DNA of 43,306 nt from a virus, in IMG/VR virus record IMGVR_UViG_3300045988_105340, positions 1 through 43,306 of that record; one strand, written 5' to 3'. Positions 17,496-23,231 of this stretch are shown one piece after another. Position 1 is the stretch's first letter, and each line of letters opens with the position of its first letter. A model generated the notes under the pieces. That model searched no databases and was not told the origin of the DNA. It worked only from the letters and a program-made list of their open reading frames with translations. A program made the position numbers and the translations under genes.

Positions 17496-19088
17496 TTAAC
17501 TATTTGTTAGAGGGAAGTTTATATACTGTCTCTTTATCTTATATTCATACATAAACTGCGATACGATTCGATTTTCCTCACCTCCACCAATATTATCGCA
17601 GTTTTTATCAATAAGATTATCTAGGTATAACATTATATCTACATCATCTTCATTGATAGAAATTCTATATATGAACGCTTCAATTAGCGTTCTTTTTGTT
17701 TGCGAATCAGTATCATTTAGCTTACCCTTCATATCATTTAAGAAAACAATGATTTCATCAATGTTAAAATCAAGTTTAACGATATTGCTTAATTCATTTA
17801 GTTTGTTTTTTATAATTGTTTTTTCCTGATCAAGAAGTGCTGATTTTTTATTTAGACTTTCGATAGATAACTTTTCATCTAAATATAAATCAATTAGACG
17901 TTCTTGTTTTGTATCAATGTTTTCTAAATCACGATTTAATTTACTTACAGCATCTTTATCAACTGTAGAAACAGTTTCTTTTAAATAGTGATCCATCTTG
18001 TTTGCAATCAGCTTAATTGCATCGTCATTTAGGAATGTGTCTCTAATGGCTTCTAAAACTGCATATTCCAGTTTGTCGGCATTTATAGCTTTGTTGTCGC
18101 ATCCTTTTTTATTTTTGCGATTCATGCAGCAGTAGTTATATACCATATTATTATTTTTGTTTCTATAGGCACTACTACCGCAATAACTGTGACCGCATTT
18201 TCCACAAAATATTTTACCAGTTAAAATATATTCATGGCTGGAATGTCTGCGTGGTTTAATTTTTGTCTTTTTTATTTTCTGACATTTAAAGAATAAATCA
18301 TCACTTATTATTCGAGGCATACCGCCTTCAATTTTTACAATCTCTTCATCGTCTTTGTATGCATGATTACCTGCTTTCTTTGATTTTCGTTTGTTCCAAA
18401 CATAAACACCACGATATTTTTCGTTTATTATTATGTCATGTAAAGAAGACACACTAAAAGATCGTCCTAATTTTGTTTTGTAGCCTAGTTCATTTAGTTT
18501 ATTTATTATTAGTCTATATCCATAATTTTCACTGTACATATTAAAAATCAAGCGTACAGCAGCAGCTTCTTTTTCATTTATACAATAATGCTTGTCAGGT
18601 GTAACGTCATAACCAAGGGGTGGAATACCACCGTTATGAATACATTTTATAGCATTCTCATTTAATCCTTTTCTAACTTCTCTTGATAGATTTTTAGAGT
18701 AGTATTCGTTCATCCCCTCTAGAACACTTTCTAATATTACTGCTTCAGGTGTATCATCCAAATTTTCTAACACTGACAAAACAACTACACCATTATCTTT
18801 TAGTTTCTTTTTGTAAATGGCACTGTCATATCGATTTCTAGCAAATCTGTCAAGTTTATGGACAATTACAGCATCAAAAAGTCCATCTTTAGAATCAGTG
18901 ATCATTTGTTGGAATTGATCACGCTTATCACTGGTCCCTGATAATGCTTCATCTTTGTAAATGTGAGTAAGCATATATTTATTATTTTTGCAATATTCTT
19001 TTATTGCACGAATTTGTGCATCAATACTTTCACTTCTTTGATTATCACTACTGAATCTACAGTATGCAACTGCATTTCTTATTTGCAT
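17496..19088 (-). CDS. int: Large serine recombinase (phage integrase)
   Basis: The N-terminal resolvase catalytic domain reads AVAYCRFSSDNQRSESIDAQ...VHKLDRFARN. A recombinase domain, a Cys-rich zinc ribbon (CGKCGHSYCG...CC...C) and a coiled-coil C-terminus follow. The start is set at the MQIRN ATG. Confidence 0.9.
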   Translation of the reverse strand: MQIRNAVAYCRFSSDNQRSESIDAQIRAIKEYCKNNKYMLTHIYKDEALSGTSDKRDQFQQMITDSKDGLFDAVIVHKLDRFARNRYDSAIYKKKLKDNGVVVLSVLENLDDTPEAVILESVLEGMNEYYSKNLSREVRKGLNENAIKCIHNGGIPPLGYDVTPDKHYCINEKEAAAVRLIFNMYSENYGYRLIINKLNELGYKTKLGRSFSVSSLHDIIINEKYRGVYVWNKRKSKKAGNHAYKDDEEIVKIEGGMPRIISDDLFFKCQKIKKTKIKPRRHSSHEYILTGKIFCGKCGHSYCGSSAYRNKNNNMVYNYCCMNRKNKKGCDNKAINADKLEYAVLEAIRDTFLNDDAIKLIANKMDHYLKETVSTVDKDAVSKLNRDLENIDTKQERLIDLYLDEKLSIESLNKKSALLDQEKTIIKNKLNELSNIVKLDFNIDEIIVFLNDMKGKLNDTDSQTKRTLIEAFIYRISINEDDVDIMLYLDNLIDKNCDNIGGGEENRIVSQFMYEYKIKRQYINFPLTNS

Positions 19089-19121
19089 ATTAAAACACGT
19101 CCTTTCTTTAATTTGCCTTAG

Positions 19122-19150
19122 ACGTGCTAATTTGTTATAATTAGGCACGT
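19122..19150. other. Imperfect palindrome ACGTGCTAAT-N8-ATTAGGCACGT in the integrase leader (attP arm or int regulatory site candidate)
   Basis: Read directly from the sequence; the arms differ by one inserted base. It lies 34 nt upstream of the int start codon. Confidence 0.3.
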
Positions 19151-19307
19151 AAAAGGACTTGTACTTAGTTCATTTATTTGAAACGAGGTATTAGTGGTAC
19201 CTCAAAAGTTCACTATTGTGGGTAGTGGACTTTTATTTTAAAAATTTTACGTAATACAAGAATTTTTTACCATATTAGGATACACTATCATTAGGAGGTA
19301 TTTAATT

Positions 19308-19508
19308 ATGGCAGTAGTATTAATAGGTAAAATTAGAAAAGAAAAAGGTGTGAGCCTTAATCAACTTGCAAAGCTAACTGGAATCTCAAGTTCGACTTTG
19401 AGAAATTATGAGAATCAAAAGCAAAGTCCAAGAATGGATAGATTAGAAAAAATAGCAATTGCGTTAGAAGTTGCAATTGAAGATTTATTTGAATCAGATT
19501 ACAAATAA
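19308..19508 (+). CDS. XRE-family helix-turn-helix protein, copy A (66 aa)
   Basis: IRKEKGVSLNQLAKLTGISSSTLRNYENQKQSP is a canonical HTH_3 motif. The RBS is aggagg. It shares about half of its residues with copy B. Confidence 0.8.
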   Translation: MAVVLIGKIRKEKGVSLNQLAKLTGISSSTLRNYENQKQSPRMDRLEKIAIALEVAIEDLFESDYK

Positions 19509-19514
19509 ATTTTA

Positions 19515-19551
19515 AACCTTAGCTAAGTAAATTTTAGTTAAGGTTTTTTTA
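19515..19551 (+). terminator. Rho-independent terminator between the two XRE genes
   Basis: The stem aaccttagcta / tagttaaggtt (one G-U pair) has a 9-nt loop and a T7 tract. Confidence 0.75.
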
Positions 19552-19626
19552 TTCTTTTACTGATTTTGCTAATTATAGCAAATATTTGTTATTTTAGGAC
19601 ACACTGTTATTAGGAGGTGTCCAATT

Positions 19627-19827
19627 ATGGCAAAAGTAAATGTAAAAGAATATAGAGAAAAAAAGAATTATACACTGCGACAACTAGCAAGAATTTCAGG
19701 TGTGGCTAAATCTACAATAAGCAAAGTTGAAAACGGTAGATGTAGTCCAAGTATAAATACTTTAGAAAAAATTGCTATTGGATTAAATGTACGAATTACT
19801 GATCTTTTTGAATCTGATTATAAGTAA
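19627..19827 (+). CDS. XRE-family helix-turn-helix protein, copy B (66 aa)
   Basis: YREKKNYTLRQLARISGVAKSTISKVENGRCSP is an HTH_3 motif. It has the same length and the same C-terminus (LEKIAI.L.V.I.DLFESDYK) as copy A. Confidence 0.8.
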   Translation: MAKVNVKEYREKKNYTLRQLARISGVAKSTISKVENGRCSPSINTLEKIAIGLNVRITDLFESDYK

Positions 19828-19910
19828 AATCACACATATATCATAAATTTAAAAATAAGTGTCCACTATAGTAGATTTTTCATCCCATTCCCTTTTCTGA
19901 TTATTCAAAA

Positions 19911-19920
19911 GTGCTATAAT
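19911..19920 (+). promoter_or_regulatory. Extended -10 promoter element (gTGcTATAAT) for the small ORF at 19975
   Basis: The TGnTATAAT consensus lies 55 nt upstream of the ATG. The -35 element is weak. Confidence 0.4.
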
Positions 19921-19974
19921 TTTTATAGGAGATATTTATAGATTATAGGAAGACAAGGCGGAAAGGGGAGAATC

Positions 19975-20136
19975 ATGGGAGAAGCTGAGTTTAACGATTG
20001 TCAAAACATAGGTATAAAAGAAGAAATGACAAAAGTTATGAAAATTCTTTTGTACATTGAAAGCCTTGGCTATATACTGTCTGATTTTGACAAAGGATGT
20101 ATTTTTGGGATTTTACAAAGAAATAAACAAGGTTAA
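19975..20136 (+). CDS. Small hypothetical protein (53 aa), absent from the ORF track
   Basis: The RBS is gaaaggggagaatcATG. The product is MGEAEFNDCQNIGIKEEMTKVMKILLYIESLGYILSDFDKGCIFGILQRNKQG, followed by a strong terminator. Confidence 0.45.
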   Translation: MGEAEFNDCQNIGIKEEMTKVMKILLYIESLGYILSDFDKGCIFGILQRNKQG

Positions 20137-20154
20137 TAAAGTATTTCTTTTAAT

Positions 20155-20187
20155 AAGCTACTGTTTTTATGCAGTAGCTTATTTTTT
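20155..20187. terminator. Bidirectional terminator between the small ORF (+) and the repressor gene (-)
   Basis: The perfect stem aagctactg / cagtagctt has an 8-nt loop. It is followed by ATTTTTT and preceded by an A/T-rich run. Confidence 0.8.
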
Positions 20188-20189
20188 AT

Positions 20190-20750
20190 CTAAAGATCAA
20201 ATAAATTAGTTTTATTATTTTCTATAGATAGAATCGCACACATAAAACCAAGGACAAAAGAAATAGATAATTCCAGTGTATTTAATATATTCTCAACATC
20301 ATTAATATCTAATTTATGATGATTGTTTTCAAAGTTCAAATAATCATTTAAATCTACATTAGCTAAATTAGCAACTTTTTTCTCGGTCCAATCCAATTGA
20401 ACTCGTTTGTTCATGCATACTGTTGCTAAACTTTTATAAGATAATTCAGGATAACTATCAATTATCTTTTTTAATGTCTCTATTGTATATGGTTTGAATT
20501 CTTCTGCTTTTTTTTCTAAATTATTTTCCCAACCCATTAGATAAGCAGGGGTTGTATCTAGTGCTTCGGCAAATTCTTTGATTTTTTCAATGTCAAGTGA
20601 CATTATTTCACCTTTTTCATACCTGCTAATTGTACTTTCATGAAGATTAACAAGTTCTCCAAGTCTTTTCATTGACATTTTATTATTTTTTCTCAATTGA
20701 TGAATTTTTAAACCTATTTTTTTATTTTGATCATTCTCCAATTTAACCAC
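20190..20750 (-). CDS. Phage repressor (CI-like), XRE HTH N-terminal domain, with no S24 peptidase domain visible
   Basis: IGLKIHQLRKNNKMSMKRLGELVNLHESTISRYEKGE is an HTH_3 motif. The C-terminal half looks like a second degenerate HTH (MNKRVQLDWTEKKVANLANV). The gene is divergent from the cro-like gene. The likely start is the TTG at 20741, 8 nt after GGAG. Confidence 0.8.
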   Translation of the reverse strand: MVKLENDQNKKIGLKIHQLRKNNKMSMKRLGELVNLHESTISRYEKGEIMSLDIEKIKEFAEALDTTPAYLMGWENNLEKKAEEFKPYTIETLKKIIDSYPELSYKSLATVCMNKRVQLDWTEKKVANLANVDLNDYLNFENNHHKLDINDVENILNTLELSISFVLGFMCAILSIENNKTNLFDL

Positions 20751-20765
20751 TCCTTTTATACGCTT

Positions 20766-20794
20766 AATATAACATTAATTTGTATGGTACGCAA
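20766..20794 (-). promoter_or_regulatory. Leftward promoter for the repressor gene
   Basis: The minus strand reads TTGCGT - 17 nt - TATATT. It is overlapped by a degenerate operator-like sequence (tttgtatggtacgcaat, 20778..20794). Confidence 0.5.
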
Positions 20795-20834
20795 TATATT
20801 TTGTTTTGAATACAAAAAAACTTGCATGAGAGTA

Positions 20835-20863
20835 TTGACTTTTAAAAAACAAAAGAGTATTAT
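20835..20863 (+). promoter_or_regulatory. Rightward early promoter
   Basis: TTGACT - 17 nt - TATTAT. An operator half-site (aacttgcatga, 20819..20829) lies just upstream, and a full operator lies just downstream. Confidence 0.6.
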
Positions 20864-20875
20864 TTTGTTTGTAAA

Positions 20876-20892
20876 CTTGCATGACACGCAAG
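20876..20892. promoter_or_regulatory. Operator, 17-bp palindrome CTTGCATGACACGCAAG
   Basis: The inverted arms are CTTGC...GCAAG. It lies at about +1 of the rightward promoter, and a near-identical copy is at 21119..21135. Confidence 0.6.
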
Positions 20893-20909
20893 GGGAAGGG
20901 GTGAGGTTT

Positions 20910-21116
20910 ATGCCAACTAATGAAAGTAAGTTAAAAGCAAAACTTGTTGAAATGGGATTTAGTTATTCAGATTGTGCAGAGCAATTGGGTATTTCTACAA
21001 ATACTTTTACAAGTAAGATGAAAGATGTGAAAAAGTTTAGTATCCCACAAGCAAATAAGTTATCAGAACTGTTAAAACTAACTGATGAAGAGAAAATCAA
21101 TATTTTTTTAAGTTAA
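20910..21116 (+). CDS. Cro-like / early regulatory HTH protein (68 aa)
   Basis: The ATG at 20910 has RBS gaaggggtgagg. LVEMGFSYSDCAEQLGISTNTFTSKMK is HTH-like. It is the first gene of the rightward operon. The ORF-track N-terminal extension covers the promoter region. Confidence 0.7.
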   Translation: MPTNESKLKAKLVEMGFSYSDCAEQLGISTNTFTSKMKDVKKFSIPQANKLSELLKLTDEEKINIFLS

Positions 21117-21118
21117 AA

Positions 21119-21135
21119 CTTGCATATGACGCAAG
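21119..21135. promoter_or_regulatory. Operator copy CTTGCATATGACGCAAG downstream of the cro-like gene
   Basis: It shares aaacttgcat...gacgcaag with the site at 20876..20892 and lies between the cro-like gene and the next gene. Confidence 0.55.
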
Positions 21136-21153
21136 ATTAAAAAGGAGATGTAT

Positions 21154-21423
21154 ATGAAGTTATTCAAAGGACCAGTTTCTATCTATGGAAAGTACTTATT
21201 GAATAAATATGTAACTATTGAAGATGAAGATGGGAATGAATACACAATTCAAATGAGATATGGAATTTTCAAAGGTGTACATGATGTGTGGTTTGTGAAA
21301 AATAAACAACTGAAAAAAATCAAAATAAAAAGTGCATATCCACCATTAATAAAAGTAGTTAAAGAGATAGCACTTCTTACATGGTTAGAAATAAAAGCAA
21401 GAATTAAAGCACTTCACAAATAA
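21154..21423 (+). CDS. Hypothetical early protein
   Basis: The RBS aaggag lies 7 nt before the ATG at 21154. 89 aa; no family recognised. Confidence 0.5.
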   Translation: MKLFKGPVSIYGKYLLNKYVTIEDEDGNEYTIQMRYGIFKGVHDVWFVKNKQLKKIKIKSAYPPLIKVVKEIALLTWLEIKARIKALHK

Positions 21424-21580
21424 TGGAAGTAATGTTTCTTGTTTTAATAACCAAATAACCATTATCAACTAGTTGATTGATTGCATCTATTTGTTTGCGC
21501 TTAATTGATGTATCAGAGTCATATTCTAGTTGTAAATGATTTTTAAAGTATTCAAGAATTTCAAAGGCTAAATCAGACAT
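21404..21580 (-). CDS. Hypothetical 58-aa protein on the opposite strand, inside the early operon
   Basis: The minus-strand RBS is gaggtgaatataATG. The product is MSDLAFEILEYFKNHLQLEYDSDTSIKRKQIDAINQLVDNGYLVIKTRNITSIICEVL. The longer ORF-track version is antisense to the 21642 gene. Confidence 0.5.
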   Translation of the reverse strand: MSDLAFEILEYFKNHLQLEYDSDTSIKRKQIDAINQLVDNGYLVIKTRNITSIICEVL

Positions 21581-21605
21581 TATATTCACCTCGCTTTCAA
21601 GGGTG

Positions 21606-21614
21606 ATTATAGCA
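21606..21614 (-). promoter_or_regulatory. Extended -10 element TGCTATAAT (minus strand) for the 58-aa leftward gene
   Basis: The plus strand reads attatagca. It lies 25 nt upstream of the minus-strand ATG at 21580. Confidence 0.4.
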
Positions 21615-21641
21615 AAAATTAAAGAAAAGGAAGTGAAAAAT

Positions 21642-21866
21642 ATGGCAAGAGAATATTTAACTGATGAAGAAGTTGAACTTGAAATTGAACGTTTAACTAA
21701 TTCAAAAGAAGTCAAACTTGCAAGGCTTGAGCAAAGATTGAAATATTTGCAAAGACAACGCTTATACAATCTAAGACATTTAGAAAAGCGTGGCAAGAAA
21801 CTAATTGAACAGGGAATGACTGCTGAGTTGTTAAGGACACAAGCGGATTGTTTAGAAGAAATTTAA
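21642..21866 (+). CDS. Hypothetical coiled-coil early protein (74 aa)
   Basis: The ATG at 21642 follows RBS aaaggaagtg. The protein is rich in charged heptads. Confidence 0.5.
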   Translation: MAREYLTDEEVELEIERLTNSKEVKLARLEQRLKYLQRQRLYNLRHLEKRGKKLIEQGMTAELLRTQADCLEEI

Positions 21867-21878
21867 AGGGGTGGTCAT

Positions 21879-22598
21879 ATGAATGAAGTGCAAATTAAAT
21901 ATGAAAATAATCAAATGCTTGTAACTAGCTTACAAGTGGCACGTGATTTTAAAAAGCAACATAAACATGTTCTTGAAGCTATTAGAGAAATAAAAGGGGT
22001 AGCCGAAAATTGGGCAGACCTATTCCACGAAACAACGTACGTCCATGAACAAAATAAACAAGAATATCCAATGTATTTAATGAATCGTGATGGATTCACA
22101 TTATTAACAATGGGGTTCACTGGTAAAGAAGCACTTGAATGGAAACTTAAATATATTAATGCATTTAACAAGATGGAAGCAAAATTAAACAGTCCTGAAT
22201 TCATTATGAACAGAGCGTTGGAACTATCTAAACAAAGATGCGATGCGCTTCTTCTTGAAAATCAAGAGCTTAAGCCTAAAGCGTTATTTGCCGATGCAGT
22301 AGCAACAAGCAAAACTTCAATATTGGTAGGTGATTTAGCAAAGATTTTAAAACAAAACGGAATCAATATTGGTGCAAATAGACTGTTCGCTGAACTGAGA
22401 GATAAAGGCTATTTAATTAAAAGAAAGGGTAGTGACTGGAATATGCCTACTCAAAAAAGTATGGATATGGAATTATTTGAAATCAAAGAACATACACACA
22501 TTGATGGTAATGGGTGCAATGTTACTACGAAAACACCTAAGGTAACAGGAAAAGGGCAGGTGTATTTTGTTAACAAGTTTTTAGGTGACAGATTATAG
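21879..22598 (+). CDS. Antirepressor: Rha-family N-terminal domain + KilAC/ANT C-terminal domain
   Basis: LVTSLQVARDFKKQHKHVLEAIRE...TYVHEQNKQEYPMYLMNRDGFTLL is Rha-like. ALFADAVATSKTSILVGDLAKILKQNGINIGANRLFAELRDKGYL is KilAC/ANT-like. Confidence 0.8.
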   Translation: MNEVQIKYENNQMLVTSLQVARDFKKQHKHVLEAIREIKGVAENWADLFHETTYVHEQNKQEYPMYLMNRDGFTLLTMGFTGKEALEWKLKYINAFNKMEAKLNSPEFIMNRALELSKQRCDALLLENQELKPKALFADAVATSKTSILVGDLAKILKQNGINIGANRLFAELRDKGYLIKRKGSDWNMPTQKSMDMELFEIKEHTHIDGNGCNVTTKTPKVTGKGQVYFVNKFLGDRL

Positions 22599-22614
22599 AA
22601 AAGGGGTGAGGAAG

Positions 22615-22755
22615 ATGAAATCTATAAAAGTAAGTATTGCGGATCGTCCGCCAAACATCGAATTGCTTATTGCTCGATTATGTGAATTATTCTTAGAAAA
22701 TAAAAAAGTCACTGCGCCAACAGTGACTAACAAAAATCAACCATCTTCATTATAG
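22615..22755 (+). CDS. Small hypothetical protein (46 aa), absent from the ORF track
   Basis: The RBS is aaaggggtgaggaagATG. The product starts MKSIKVSIADRPPNIELLIARLCELFLENKK... Confidence 0.4.
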   Translation: MKSIKVSIADRPPNIELLIARLCELFLENKKVTAPTVTNKNQPSSL

Positions 22756-22778
22756 AAGATATTCAGGAGGAAGTCAAA

Positions 22779-22913
22779 GTGGAAGATAAGATTAAGGCTT
22801 TAGTGAAAGAATTATTTGATTCAGGTATGACTTTAGATGAAATCATTGAAACTGTGGCATCTATTGCGATGACTGAGGATTTTAAGAGGAGCGCCAACCA
22901 TGAATCTAAATAA
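22779..22913 (+). CDS. Small hypothetical protein (44 aa, GTG start), absent from the ORF track
   Basis: The RBS is caggaggaagtcaaaGTG. The product is (M)EDKIKALVKELFDSGMTLDEIIETVASIAMTEDFKRSANHESK. Confidence 0.35.
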   Translation: MEDKIKALVKELFDSGMTLDEIIETVASIAMTEDFKRSANHESK

Positions 22914-23001
22914 TCTAAGACCTCGTGGAATTTTAACCATTGTTGCAGCAATATATTTTCTTGCTGAAATAGTGACATCAATTGTAGGTATGGTCCTATG
23001 A
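22900..23001 (+). CDS. Possible 33-aa membrane peptide
   Basis: The RBS is aggagcgccaaccATG. The product is MNLNNLRPRGILTIVAAIYFLAEIVTSIVGMVL. It is ATGA-coupled to the next ORF. Confidence 0.3.
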   Translation: MNLNNLRPRGILTIVAAIYFLAEIVTSIVGMVL

Positions 23002-23231
23002 AAGATCGTACTTTTATCAAAATACTGATATTTGCTTTAGCAATGTTCATTGCGATAAGTGTTTACCAGGTATTAGTAATTAGAAATTTAAAGTCTAGTC
23101 TCGAGACGGTGACAAAGGACCGTGACTGGGTGATTGAGAAATATAACCAAAAGGAGAAGAAAAATGAAAAATGTAAGGTTGAAACAGATGAAGTTGAGAA
23201 ACTTCAAGGGAATCAAAGAACTGGATATTGA
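22998..23231 (+). CDS. Hypothetical single-TM protein (77 aa), overlapping the start of the ATPase gene
   Basis: TM segment ILIFALAMFIAISVYQVLVI. The 3' end overlaps the next gene by 68 nt, so its true extent is uncertain. Confidence 0.35.
   Translation: MKDRTFIKILIFALAMFIAISVYQVLVIRNLKSSLETVTKDRDWVIEKYNQKEKKNEKCKVETDEVEKLQGNQRTGY

Noticed and set aside
19089-19148. A 20-codon N-terminal extension of the integrase ORF.
   Set aside because: The conserved serine-recombinase N-terminus (AVAYCRFSS) follows the internal MQIRN start, which has an upstream AAAGGA. The extension covers the palindrome region.
19223-19868. An imperfect inverted repeat (TAGTGGAC-nn-TTATTTT at 19223 and its complement at 19852..19868) flanking the two XRE genes, as a possible invertible segment.
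   Set aside because: Only 8 contiguous matching bases plus an A/T-rich tail, so chance occurrence in 650 bp of AT-rich DNA is not negligible. The only recombinase present is an integrase-type large serine recombinase. The repeat is more simply explained as repeated operator half-sites.
20399-20412. GAAC-N6-GTTC, resembling a Gram-positive SOS (Cheo/DinR) box.
   Set aside because: The consensus spacing is GAAC-N4-GTTC, and the sequence lies inside the repressor coding region. No properly spaced box was seen near the antirepressor or the early promoters.
20727-20909. The N-terminal 61 codons of the ORF-track entry 20727..21116.
   Set aside because: This stretch covers the divergent promoters and operators and overlaps the repressor start. 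The real gene starts at the ATG at 20910, which has a strong RBS.
21581-21796. The upstream part of the minus-strand ORF 21404..21796.
   Set aside because: It is antisense to the plus-strand gene at 21642..21866, and its translation is low-complexity (Ser/Leu/Cys-rich). The ATG at 21580 has the RBS.
23134-23163. A 10-codon upstream extension of the ATPase ORF.
   Set aside because: The ATG at 23164 is preceded by AAGGAG at ideal spacing, and the N-terminus MKNVRLKQMKLRNFKG is typical of SMC/AAA_23 starts.
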